Assembly: GCA_023429135.1 (NCBI GenBank) | Contig: JAEYWD010000033.1 | Span: 372 to 64,371, forward strand | DNA from: Bacteroidota bacterium | GTDB lineage: Bacteria > Bacteroidota > Bacteroidia > Bacteroidales > JAAUTT01 | Direction of reading: 5' to 3' | Length of the DNA: 64,000 nucleotides | In this document: in pieces, positions 1 to 9,036 of the stretch | Layout of the letters: every line of letters starts with the position of its first letter | Position numbering within the stretch: position 1 is the stretch's first letter | The notes under the pieces: generated by a model | Seen by the model: only the letters and a program-made list of their open reading frames with translations | Databases searched by the model: none | Told to the model about the DNA's origin: nothing | Made by a program: the position numbers and the translations under genes

Positions 1-284
1 TTCCGGTAATCATCAAACATGCCGCGAATAATGAAAGCCTCGAAAAGAGTTCCTCCAAAATACGGTTGCAAGCCTGCCTGCCTGTATACTTCCATTTTCT
101 TTTCAAGATCTTTGGTAATAACGGCAGTGCCGAATCCAAATTTAATCAGGTCACAGTAATCGGCCGATGAGGCAACAAAGTTTTCAGCTTCATTCAAACT
201 CAGTCCTTTGTCCATCATCATAGTAAGTCCATTCTGACGGGGTCTTGCTACACGTTCAGGTAAAAATGGTAATTGAATGTTCAT
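1..284 (-). CDS. phosphosulfolactate synthase (ComA/YitD family), N-terminal part; the rest lies outside the window
   Basis: My translation of the reverse strand from the ATG at 284: MNIQLPFLPERVARPRQNGLTMMMDKGLSLNEAENFVASSADYCDLIKFGFGTAVITKDLEKKMEVYRQAGLQPYFGGTLFE. It matches the family pattern LP.R..KPR..G...D.G ... DY.D..KFG.GT...TKDLE.K ... GGTLFE. Confidence 0.75.
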   Translation of the reverse strand, partial: MNIQLPFLPERVARPRQNGLTMMMDKGLSLNEAENFVASSADYCDLIKFGFGTAVITKDLEKKMEVYRQAGLQPYFGGTLFEAFIIRGMFDDYR

Positions 285-323
285 TTTAGATATTTCTAGG
301 TTCAGTTAGATTCCCAAAGGGAA

Positions 324-1730
324 CTAATTATAATGATTTAGCAATTCGATAATTTTTGGATTAAAAGTGGCTTCAGGAACAAAATCGAAAAACGACTGAC
401 GCTCATGATAGTTAAGCCGTAACCCATTTTCAAAGTATTTAAAACTCAATTTCTCGTTTCCTTTCAGCATGTAATACGAACCGATACGATAGTTGATAAC
501 CGAGCTTCCCTGTATGTAGCCCAAAGCTTTACTTAAAGCCTTGATAGCATCATCAATTTGCTTGTTCTCCACAAGGATTTCGGAGTAAAACATCCAGGCA
601 TCCTCATCAGCAGGATCAAGGTCGATGATGGTTTTAATGGTTTTGATAGCTTTCAGAATATCCTTTTGCTTGTAAAGGATGGTTGCCAGAGTGTATAGAT
701 ATTGGGTATTGTTTTTATCTATATGCAAAGCTTTGTCGATGCATTTGATGGCGCGGTCCAACTGGTTGTTATTGGTATAGGCATTAGCCAGGTTGAACCA
801 TGATTCTCCAGCCTCGGGTTTAATATCGATCGACTTATTGATATAGGTAATTGCCAGCTCGTTCTGATTCAGCTTGATATAGCATTCGCCTATATAATTG
901 TATATTTCATAATTCTGAGGTTCAAGCGTGAGAAAGTCCATATAAACTTTCAGCGAATCTTCGTACCGTTCTTCATTAAAAAGCAGGTTTCCTTTATTGT
1001 AATAGGAAGAAGAAAACGTTTCGTTTAAGGCTATCGCATAATCATATGCCTGCAAAGCCTCTTCTGTTTTTCCCAACAGGGTGTAAACAATCCCAAGGTT
1101 ATACCACACATTTTCCGAAAACGGATCTTCATCGAGATACCTGTTGTAATAAATGGCACTGTCGTTCAATAAGCCGGCTCTTTCCGAAGAGTAGGCAAGA
1201 TCGTAAAGAACACTGATATTTTCGGGATTGAGCTTATAGGCTTCTTTAAAATATTCCAGAGCAATCTCAAACTGACCACGATCTTCAAATGAAATGCCTA
1301 TATTGTAAAGTACTTCATCTTTATTATCGGCGCTGAGCTGAACGGCTTTATCAAAATTCTGGCGGGCCTCCAGGGTTTTATCGAGCAAATTTAAAGCAGT
1401 TCCTTTCAGAATATAGATTTCGTAATTGGAACCTTCAACTTTTTCGATGTAATCCAAAAGCGGAAGAGATTCTTCAACTTTGCCACTATAAATTAAATGA
1501 TGTGCAAATTTGAGCTGTATCGATGTAGATTCGGGGTAAATATTTAAGGCATACTCGGCAGCTAAAGATGCTTGAGTGTAATTATTGAGATCGAAATAGT
1601 AGTTAATGATTTCTTCCAGTTCATGCGCATCGAAGAAATATTTAACATTTTTTTTCTGCATTTCTTCGAAACGGCGTATCGATTCCAATAATTCATTTTC
1701 TTCGAATAACCAATCCTTTTCTTCGTTCAT
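324..1730 (-). CDS. tetratricopeptide (TPR) repeat protein
   Basis: 468-aa ORF made of successive ~34-aa units with the A/Y/L..G....A pattern (ALEYFKEAYKLNPEN, ALQAYDYAIALNE, AITYINKSIDIKPE, AIKCIDKALHIDKNN). Confidence 0.8.
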   Translation of the reverse strand: MNEEKDWLFEENELLESIRRFEEMQKKNVKYFFDAHELEEIINYYFDLNNYTQASLAAEYALNIYPESTSIQLKFAHHLIYSGKVEESLPLLDYIEKVEGSNYEIYILKGTALNLLDKTLEARQNFDKAVQLSADNKDEVLYNIGISFEDRGQFEIALEYFKEAYKLNPENISVLYDLAYSSERAGLLNDSAIYYNRYLDEDPFSENVWYNLGIVYTLLGKTEEALQAYDYAIALNETFSSSYYNKGNLLFNEERYEDSLKVYMDFLTLEPQNYEIYNYIGECYIKLNQNELAITYINKSIDIKPEAGESWFNLANAYTNNNQLDRAIKCIDKALHIDKNNTQYLYTLATILYKQKDILKAIKTIKTIIDLDPADEDAWMFYSEILVENKQIDDAIKALSKALGYIQGSSVINYRIGSYYMLKGNEKLSFKYFENGLRLNYHERQSFFDFVPEATFNPKIIELLNHYN

Positions 1731-1860
1731 CTCCGGGCAGAAATTTATATCGTAAAAATACTAATTATTTAAAGTCGGCCAATTATTTTAAAATTGATTT
1801 ACCAACAATTAGAGAAAGAAATTAACTGTTATGATGAATGGGGTTGGATAGTTGATGAAT

Positions 1861-1930
1861 GAGTTGCGGGTTTCGGGTTTCGGGTTCCGAGTTATCGCGA
1901 AACCCGAAACTCGTAACCCGCAACCCGAAA
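1861..1930. repeat. imperfect palindromic hairpin built from GGGTTTC/GAAACCC words, just downstream of folD
   Basis: The outer arms gttgcgggtt (1863-1872) and aacccgcaac (1915-1924) pair. The inner words tttcgggtttcg and cgaaacccgaaa also pair. No clear T-tract follows on the minus strand. Confidence 0.55.
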
Positions 1931-1935
1931 CAGAA

Positions 1936-2808
1936 TTATTTCCCTTTTGCAGCAAGCAATGTGTTTTTCAGCAGGCTAACTCTTGTCATTGGGCCTACAC
2001 CACCGGGAACTGGAGTGATATAGGAGCATTTGGAAGCCACTTCATCGAAACGGACATCGCCGGTTAATTTGAAGCCTGATTTGGTTTCAGAGCTTTTAAC
2101 CCTTGTGGTACCTACGTCAATTACTACAGCGCCTTCTTTTACCATATCGGCTGTCACAAAGTTCGGACTTCCGATAGCGGCAATTAATATGTCGGCTTTG
2201 AGCGTAAAATCCTTAATGTTTTTGGTACGACTGTGGCAAACTGTAACAGTTGCATCGCCCTGAGGACCCTTTTGTGATAAAAGAATACTCATGGGTTTGC
2301 CAACGATGTTGCTTCGGCCTAATACAACACAATGCTTACCTGCGGTTTCAATTTTATATCTTTTCAGAAGCTCAACAATTCCAGCCGGGGTTGCCGAAAC
2401 AAACGTGGGTAACCCAATAGTCATTTTCCCGACACTTGTAGGGTGAAAACCATCAACATCTTTATTAAAATCAATGGTTTCAATTACTTTTTGTTCCGAA
2501 ATGTGTTTGGGCAAAGGCAACTGAACAATGAGCCCGTCAATATCCGGATCGTTGTTTATTGCTATAACCTTATCAATAAGTTCCTTCTCCGAAACTGTGT
2601 CGTCAAAACGGATTAAAGTAGATTTAAATCCAACTTGCTCACAATCTTTCACCTTATGGGCAACATAGGTTTCGCTTCCGCCGTCGTTTCCAACAAGTAT
2701 GGCAGCAAGGTGGGGAATTTTACCTCCTTTGGAGGCTATTTCTTTAACTTCTGCTGCAATTTCCTGCTTAATTTCTTCTGATATCTTTTTTCCGTCGATA
2801 AGGTTCAT
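1936..2808 (-). CDS. folD: bifunctional methylenetetrahydrofolate dehydrogenase/cyclohydrolase
   Basis: 290 aa with [14 protein letters not shown]...[29 protein letters not shown] and [11 protein letters not shown] signatures. Confidence 0.95.
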   Translation of the reverse strand: MNLIDGKKISEEIKQEIAAEVKEIASKGGKIPHLAAILVGNDGGSETYVAHKVKDCEQVGFKSTLIRFDDTVSEKELIDKVIAINNDPDIDGLIVQLPLPKHISEQKVIETIDFNKDVDGFHPTSVGKMTIGLPTFVSATPAGIVELLKRYKIETAGKHCVVLGRSNIVGKPMSILLSQKGPQGDATVTVCHSRTKNIKDFTLKADILIAAIGSPNFVTADMVKEGAVVIDVGTTRVKSSETKSGFKLTGDVRFDEVASKCSYITPVPGGVGPMTRVSLLKNTLLAAKGK

Positions 2809-2817
2809 GGTAAGGTT

Positions 2818-4146
2818 TTAGTTTGGTCGGAGGTTACTCATCATTCGGCTCAGGTTTTTACCATTTGCCATCATCTTCATCAGCTTGCGTGTTTCGTCAA
2901 ATTGTTTGAGCAGGCGGTTTATTTCCTGAATATCGGATCCGCTACCCATGGCGATTCTTTTACGACGACTTCCGTTCATCAGGGAAGGATTTTCTCTTTC
3001 GGCAGGAGTCATCGAGTGAATGATGGCCTCGATGCTTTTGAATGCATTGTCGTCGATATCCAGGTTACGAATGGCTTTGCCAACGCCGGGAATCATGCTT
3101 GCAAGGTCCTTGAGGTTACCCATCTTTTTGATTTGCTGAATTTGCTGCAGGAAGTCGTTGAAGTTAAACTGATCTTTGGCAATTTTTTTCTGCAGTTTAC
3201 GGGCTTCTTCAGCGTCGAATTGTTCCTGGGCACGTTCAACGAGCGAAACGATATCACCCATACCCAGAATACGGTCGGCCATACGACTGGGATGGAACAC
3301 GTCGAGTGCTTCCATCTTTTCGCCTGAGCTGATGAACTTGATGGGTTTATCAACCACAGCACGGATCGAAAGGGCAGCACCACCGCGGGTATCACCGTCG
3401 AGCTTGGTGAGTACCACACCGTCGAAGTTCAGTACGTCGTTAAATTCTTTGGCAGTATTTACAGCATCCTGACCGGTCATGGAGTCGACCACGAACAAAA
3501 TTTCCTGTGGTTTGATAGCATTGCGGATAGCAGCTATTTCGTCCATCATTTCCTGATCTACAGCCAAACGACCTGCGGTATCGACGATTACTGTATTGAA
3601 GCCTCTGGTTTTGGCTTCGCGAATGGCTGCTTCGGCAATTTTAACAGGATTCTTGTTTTCATCTTCCGAATAAACAGGAACATCCACCTGTTTGGCTAAT
3701 ATTTTTAACTGCTCAATAGCTGCGGGACGGTAAACGTCGCCGGCAACCAGCATTACAGAGCGTCCTTTTTTAGTTTTAAGATAATTGGCAAGTTTGCCGG
3801 TGAAAGTTGTTTTACCCGAACCTTGCAAGCCTGCAATCAGGATTACCGTTGGAGAACCTTTGAGGTTAATGTCCTCAGAATTACCACCCATGAGGGTGCT
3901 TAATTCTTCATGAACAATTTTAACCATCATTTCGCCCGGTTTTACTGCTGTTAAAACGTTTTGTCCTAAGGCTTTCTGTTTAACAGTATCAGTAAAGTTC
4001 TTGGCAATTTTATAGTTGACGTCGGCATCCAAAAGCGCTTTGCGGACTTCTTTCAGTGTGTCGGCTATGTTTAACTCGGTAATCCGCGCCTGTCCCTTGA
4101 AGGTTTTAAACGCTCTCTCCAGCTTATCGGATAAATTTTCAAACAT
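2818..4146 (-). CDS. ffh: signal recognition particle protein Ffh
   Basis: 442 aa with MFENLSDKL..AFK, the P-loop GLQGSGKTT, DTAGR, LTKLDGD.RGGAALS and a Met-rich M domain (MGSGS, KMMKMM). Confidence 0.95.
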   Translation of the reverse strand: MFENLSDKLERAFKTFKGQARITELNIADTLKEVRKALLDADVNYKIAKNFTDTVKQKALGQNVLTAVKPGEMMVKIVHEELSTLMGGNSEDINLKGSPTVILIAGLQGSGKTTFTGKLANYLKTKKGRSVMLVAGDVYRPAAIEQLKILAKQVDVPVYSEDENKNPVKIAEAAIREAKTRGFNTVIVDTAGRLAVDQEMMDEIAAIRNAIKPQEILFVVDSMTGQDAVNTAKEFNDVLNFDGVVLTKLDGDTRGGAALSIRAVVDKPIKFISSGEKMEALDVFHPSRMADRILGMGDIVSLVERAQEQFDAEEARKLQKKIAKDQFNFNDFLQQIQQIKKMGNLKDLASMIPGVGKAIRNLDIDDNAFKSIEAIIHSMTPAERENPSLMNGSRRKRIAMGSGSDIQEINRLLKQFDETRKLMKMMANGKNLSRMMSNLRPN

Positions 4147-4200
4147 TTCTTTTCAATTTTTGAGTGTGCAAAAATATTCAAATGCCGCTTATTATCAAAA

Positions 4201-5997
4201 TTACATTCTCTCAGGAACGTCGATTCCTAATAAATTCATTGATTTTTTAATAACTTTTCCGGTATGCTCCGAGAGGTGCAAGCGAAGATTCCTTACCTCG
4301 GAGTTTTCTTCCTTCAAAATAGGGCAATCGTGATAAAACTGGTTGAATTCTTTCGAAAGATCGTACACATAATTTGCGATTACAGCAGGACTAAGGTTTT
4401 TACCGGCGTCAGCCACTACAGCAGGGAACTTGTAAAGCATGCGGATCAGACTTTTCTCTTTATCAACAGATAAGGCAGTTGATTCCTGAATATCGGCCAT
4501 TTTTATATTTTGATCGGCTGCTTTTCTGAAAATAGATTGAATACGTGCATATGAATATTGTACAAAAGGTCCGGTATTTCCGTTGAAGTCGATGGATTCT
4601 TTAGGATCGAACAGCATATTCTTTTTCGGATCCACTTTCAGTATAAAATATTTGAGAGCAGCCAAACCAATCATCCGCACAATTTCTTCAGTTTGCTCAG
4701 GTGAATATTCATCCAATTTTCCAAGTTCTTTGGACATTTCGCGGGCGGTATTCACCATCTCATCCACCAGGTCGTCGGCATCGACTACGGTACCTTCGCG
4801 CGATTTCATTTTGCCGCTGGGGAGTTCAACCATCCCGTACGACATATGCTTCAGGTTTTTTGCCCAGTTGTATCCAAGTTTATCCATTACAAGCGAAAGA
4901 ACCTGGAAGTGATAGTTCTGTTCGTTGCCAACCACATAAATTAATTCCTGCATGTTGTATTCCTCGAAACGCTGAGCCGCAGTACCCAAATCCTGGGTCA
5001 TATAAACCGAAGTGCCATCAGAGCGGAGCAGAAGCTTTTCGTCGAGACCGTCTTTTGTAAGATCGATCCACACGGAACTATCGGGCCGCTGATAGAGAAC
5101 CCCTTTTTCAAGACCTTTCTGAACAAGCACTTTACCCAGCAGGTAGGTTTCCGATTCATAATAAATCCGGTCGAAATCCACCCCCATCTTTTTGTAAGTC
5201 TCGCTAAAGCCTTCGTAAACCCAGCCATTCATCATTTTCCAGAGCGAAGTAACCGACTCGTCGTGTGCTTCCCACTTCTGAAGCATTTCCTGGGCTTCGA
5301 TTATTAAAGGAGCTTTTTTCTCTGCTTCTTCCTGCGAAATATCCTGTTCAATAAGTTCCTTTATTTGCTTTTTGTATTCTAAATCGAATTTTACGTAATA
5401 ATCGCCCACCAAATGGTCGCCTTTTTTTCCTGCTTTTTCGGGAGTAATACCTTCGCCCCATTTCTGCCAGGCAAGCATCGATTTGCAGATATGGATTCCC
5501 CTGTCGTTTACCAGATTTACCTTTATAACCTCATGGCCATTGGCCTGCAGTATTTTTGAAAGAGAGTATCCCAGCAAATTATTACGAACATGACCCAGGT
5601 GTAATGGCTTGTTTGTGTTCGGGGAAGAATATTCAATCATCACTTTCCGTCCCGAACTGTTTGGACCATGGAGTCCATAAGTTTCATCTGCTGAAAGGCT
5701 TCTGATAAATTTCAACCAGTTGGCTTGTTTTACCGACAGATTTAAAAATCCTTTTATAACGTTGAATTTTTCTACCACCTCACAGTTTTGTACAAGATAA
5801 TTTCCAATTTCGTTTGCAGTTACCTCGGGATTTTTCTTCGATATTTTAACAAAAGGGAAAACGACCAAAGTAAAGTCTCCCTCAAACTCCGTGCGGGTTT
5901 CCTGCAACTGAACCACCTCAGGGCTAATACTTGAAGAATACAAATTTTTAATAGCCTCAATAGTCGAATTTAGTACAATACTCTCAAAATCTGCCAT
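4201..5997 (-). CDS. argS: arginine--tRNA ligase
   Basis: Class I signature SPNTNKPLHLGHVRN, an MSTR-like GKMKSREG, and a C-terminal anticodon-binding DALR-type domain. The track ORF begins at a TTG (6030). I prefer the ATG at 5997 (MADFES...). Confidence 0.93.
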   Translation of the reverse strand: MADFESIVLNSTIEAIKNLYSSSISPEVVQLQETRTEFEGDFTLVVFPFVKISKKNPEVTANEIGNYLVQNCEVVEKFNVIKGFLNLSVKQANWLKFIRSLSADETYGLHGPNSSGRKVMIEYSSPNTNKPLHLGHVRNNLLGYSLSKILQANGHEVIKVNLVNDRGIHICKSMLAWQKWGEGITPEKAGKKGDHLVGDYYVKFDLEYKKQIKELIEQDISQEEAEKKAPLIIEAQEMLQKWEAHDESVTSLWKMMNGWVYEGFSETYKKMGVDFDRIYYESETYLLGKVLVQKGLEKGVLYQRPDSSVWIDLTKDGLDEKLLLRSDGTSVYMTQDLGTAAQRFEEYNMQELIYVVGNEQNYHFQVLSLVMDKLGYNWAKNLKHMSYGMVELPSGKMKSREGTVVDADDLVDEMVNTAREMSKELGKLDEYSPEQTEEIVRMIGLAALKYFILKVDPKKNMLFDPKESIDFNGNTGPFVQYSYARIQSIFRKAADQNIKMADIQESTALSVDKEKSLIRMLYKFPAVVADAGKNLSPAVIANYVYDLSKEFNQFYHDCPILKEENSEVRNLRLHLSEHTGKVIKKSMNLLGIDVPERM

Positions 5998-6072
5998 ATC
6001 AATAAAATTGTTGATAAAAAAAGAGTTCAAATATAATAAAGGTGTGAGAAAAAATCTTAAGTTTGGTGGCTA

Positions 6073-6104
6073 CAAAAAAAGAAAGTGCCATCGCACGATG
6101 ACAC
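6073..6104 (-). terminator. intrinsic-terminator-like hairpin upstream of argS (minus strand)
   Basis: The minus strand reads GTGTCAT-CGTGCG-ATGGCAC followed by TTTCTTTTTTT: a 7-bp stem with one G.U pair, a 6-nt loop and a T-tract. It sits 76-107 nt upstream of the argS ATG. Confidence 0.5.
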
Positions 6105-6112
6105 TCCTAACA

Positions 6113-6200
6113 CAGAACTAACTAACTACAAACTAACTACTACTAACTAACTACTACAACTACTAACTAGAACTAACTAAAACTACTACTATGAGACTAC
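6113..6200. repeat. G-poor tract of AACTA / ACTAC short-word repeats
   Basis: cagaactaactaactacaaactaactactactaactaactactacaactactaactagaactaactaaaactactactatgagactac. Only about 4 G in ~88 nt on the plus strand. On the minus strand it reads as (UAGUU/GUAGU)n. Confidence 0.85.
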
Positions 6201-6397
6201 TTTATGTTTTTATAATATCCTTTTCTAACTTTATACCCTATTTCTAGGTGAACAATTTTTTGAAAACAAATACTGTGCCAAAATTTAAGTTATTTAAAGA
6301 TTTTGTTCTTATTTTTAATTGTTCATTTTACAAATAATACGCCATATTTATTCTAAAGTTACAAATTGATATTTCCTTTAACATATTTTCACAATTT

Positions 6398-7324
6398 ATG
6401 ATTTCAGTCTGTATTCCTGTTTATAATTTTAAAATTGGAGATTTGTTGAATCAACTTGTGTTTTTATTGCAAAGAGCAAAGATTGAGTATGAAATAATAG
6501 TTGCAGAAGATGCCTCAGAACCTTTATTTGCTGAAAATAATTTTAAAGCAGCAGAAAATTGTTTGGCACGATATATTTATTTGAAGAAAAACATTGGGCG
6601 TTCGGCAATACGTAATTATCTGTGTAAAGAAGCCAATTACCCGAATTTGCTTTTCCTTGACTGTGATTCTGTTATAATTACTGAGAATTTTATTTCAAAT
6701 TATATTAGCTGTCTAAACAAGAATATAGTTGTTTATGGCGGAACAAAATATTACGCCCAAAAACCTGAAACGAAATATCTGCTTCACTGGAATTATGGTA
6801 GCAAGCGTGAAATAAAGCCTGTAACGGTAAGAAATAAATATCCTGCTCAGTATTTTAAAACAAATAATTTTTTAATTCCGAAGACTATTTTGATAAATCA
6901 TCCATTTAACGAACAATTAAAAGGATATGGTCATGAGGATACGTTAATGGGGTTGGAGTTATCTCAATTTAATATTCCAGTTTATCATATTGATAATCCC
7001 GTTTTACATGCTGGATTGGAATCCAACGATCAGTTCATTTTCAAAACACAAGAAAGCATTCGGAATCTTTTAATTATAAGGGAAAAGGTTGATTTTCAGG
7101 GAATTAATAAACATTTTAAATTATTGGAAGTGCTTTCCAAAATCCAAGAGTTGCATTTAGTCGGGGTAATACGCATAATCTATTGGCTTTCCCGGCCTTT
7201 GCTGTTATTTTTAGTAATAAACTTTTATTTAATGAAAATCTTCGATTTTTATAAGCTTGGTTTTCTCTGTTCCATTTACAAAAAAAGCACCGCTCTTTTG
7301 AACGATGCTTTTTCAGGTAAATAA
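6398..7324 (+). CDS. family 2 glycosyltransferase
   Basis: 308 aa with the N-terminal ISVCIPVYN...EIIVAEDAS and LDCDS (DxD-like) pattern typical of GT2, plus a hydrophobic C-terminal tail. Confidence 0.75.
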   Translation: MISVCIPVYNFKIGDLLNQLVFLLQRAKIEYEIIVAEDASEPLFAENNFKAAENCLARYIYLKKNIGRSAIRNYLCKEANYPNLLFLDCDSVIITENFISNYISCLNKNIVVYGGTKYYAQKPETKYLLHWNYGSKREIKPVTVRNKYPAQYFKTNNFLIPKTILINHPFNEQLKGYGHEDTLMGLELSQFNIPVYHIDNPVLHAGLESNDQFIFKTQESIRNLLIIREKVDFQGINKHFKLLEVLSKIQELHLVGVIRIIYWLSRPLLLFLVINFYLMKIFDFYKLGFLCSIYKKSTALLNDAFSGK

Positions 7325-7333
7325 TATTTAATT

Positions 7334-8827
7334 CTACATGTGTTCACACCAGTTTGTTTGACGCATATCGCCGGATTTTGCAAACTGAACGTGCATGCCG
7401 AAACAAGCAGAAAGCGATTGAGGAGTATGCACTTTTTCTTCGAGTTTAACGTAATCCCAGAGAAGTTGTTTGTATTCAGGGTGAACGCAGTTCTCGATAA
7501 TGGCCTGAGCTCTTTGAATGGGCGATTTACCGCGTAAATCAGCAATACCCTGCTCGGTAATAACTACTTTAACAGAATGCTCGCTATGATCCACGTGGCT
7601 AACCATGGGAACAATGGCACTGATTTTACCACCTTTTGCAACAGATGGACAGGTGAAGATGGAGAAGAAGCTGTTACGGGTGAAATCGCCCGAACCACCT
7701 AGCCCATTCATCATATGTTTTCCTAAAACGTGTGTACTGTTTACATTCCCAAAAATGTCGACTTCGAGAGCAGTATTAATGGTAATTAATCCTAAACGAC
7801 GAACCACTTCAGGGTTATTGGATAATTCCTGAGGGCGGAGAATGAATTTATTTCTGAAGAAATCGAAATTGGCGTAAACTTCTTCGAGTACTGTTGGGCT
7901 AATTGTTAAAGAACAACCACTGGCAAAGGTAACATTGCCTTCTTTCATAAGCTGAATTACAGAATCCTGAATAACTTCAGTATACATTTTGAAAGGAGGA
8001 ATATCGGGGTTAGCTCCTAAAGAACCGAGTACAGCATTCGCAATATTACCAACACCCGACTGAATAGGTAAAAAGTCCTTGGGTATTACACCGCATTTAA
8101 TCTGGCTTGCAAGGAAGTTGGCCACATTTTCGCCAATCTTGGCAGTTACGGCATCTACAGCAGCAAACCCACCAACTTCGTCGGGACGGTTGGTTTCAAC
8201 AACACCGATAATTTTGGACGGATCCACCTTGATGTATTCTTTACCGCAACGGTCGTCCACATTAAAGATAGGAATAGCTTGACGGTGAGGAGGGTCCATG
8301 GGTTCATAAAGATCGTGAACTCCTCTGAGCGCTTTTGGGTGCTTGTGGTTAAGTTCAATGATAATTCTATCGGCTAACCTGGCAACAGTTGGAGAAATAC
8401 CAACACCGGTAGTAGGAATTATTTCACCCTGCTCGGTAACGTCGCAAGCCTCAATGATGGCTATGTCAATTTTACCAAGAAAACCATATCTGAGTTCCTG
8501 AGCAATTTGTGAAAGGTGCATGTCGAAATAATTCGTATCACCTGCATTTAATAAAGCTTTTAAATCACTGTTCGATTGATATGGAGTACGAAAAGCAATT
8601 GCATTGGCTCTTGCCAGAGCTCCATCAAGAGAGTCACCGGTAGATGCTCCGGTGAACATACCTATTTTAAAAGGATTTCCTTTAGCATGTTCAGCTTTGG
8701 CTCTTTCTCCAATAGCTGTTGGAACTGATTTTGGCGACCCTGCAGGCGTAAAACCACTAAACCCCACATTATCTCCATTGTTTACAAAAGAAGCCGCTTC
8801 TTCGGCTGTCATAAAACGTAGCGCCAT
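7334..8827 (-). CDS. acetyl-CoA hydrolase/transferase family protein (succinate/acetate CoA-transferase type)
   Basis: 497 aa with the N-terminal TAEEAASFV..GD.VGFSGFT and a later GLGGSGDF-type motif, characteristic of the Ach1/Cat1/ASCT family. Confidence 0.8.
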   Translation of the reverse strand: MALRFMTAEEAASFVNNGDNVGFSGFTPAGSPKSVPTAIGERAKAEHAKGNPFKIGMFTGASTGDSLDGALARANAIAFRTPYQSNSDLKALLNAGDTNYFDMHLSQIAQELRYGFLGKIDIAIIEACDVTEQGEIIPTTGVGISPTVARLADRIIIELNHKHPKALRGVHDLYEPMDPPHRQAIPIFNVDDRCGKEYIKVDPSKIIGVVETNRPDEVGGFAAVDAVTAKIGENVANFLASQIKCGVIPKDFLPIQSGVGNIANAVLGSLGANPDIPPFKMYTEVIQDSVIQLMKEGNVTFASGCSLTISPTVLEEVYANFDFFRNKFILRPQELSNNPEVVRRLGLITINTALEVDIFGNVNSTHVLGKHMMNGLGGSGDFTRNSFFSIFTCPSVAKGGKISAIVPMVSHVDHSEHSVKVVITEQGIADLRGKSPIQRAQAIIENCVHPEYKQLLWDYVKLEEKVHTPQSLSACFGMHVQFAKSGDMRQTNWCEHM

Positions 8828-9036
8828 TTTAATATATTTAAAAATGTTGACCTAAGAGAATTAATTAAATTTTAATATCAATTTTTAAGAAAACGCAAAA
8901 TTAATCTTTTCTACCTAAAAAGAGACTCAATCGAAAAGCTTTTGTTATAAAAAAAACAGTAAACAGTTTGGTGTTGAAAATGAAATAATTAAATCATAAA
9001 TTTAAATCGCGATTAATAATCCGAAGCATGGTAACT

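Noticed and set aside
2030-4333. Plus-strand and alternative-frame ORFs (2030..2263, 2902..3327, 3093..3419, 3176..3472, 4016..4333) overlapping folD, ffh and argS
   Set aside because: They lie entirely inside, or antisense to, genes with strong family signatures. Their translations are low-complexity (Ser/Thr/Pro/Phe-rich) with no motifs. They are typical shadow ORFs.
6113-6200. Possibility that the short-word repeat tracts (6113-6200, 45469-45548, 48538-48600) are CRISPR arrays
   Set aside because: The repeat units are only 5-8 nt and directly abutting or palindromic. There are no ~30-nt unique spacers and no cas genes in the window.
7276-7545. 89-aa minus-strand ORF spanning the GT2 3' end and the CoA-transferase 3' end, plus the 7340..7537 plus-strand ORF
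   Set aside because: Both overlap the well-supported C-terminus of the CoA-transferase or the GT2 gene, and neither has features of its own.
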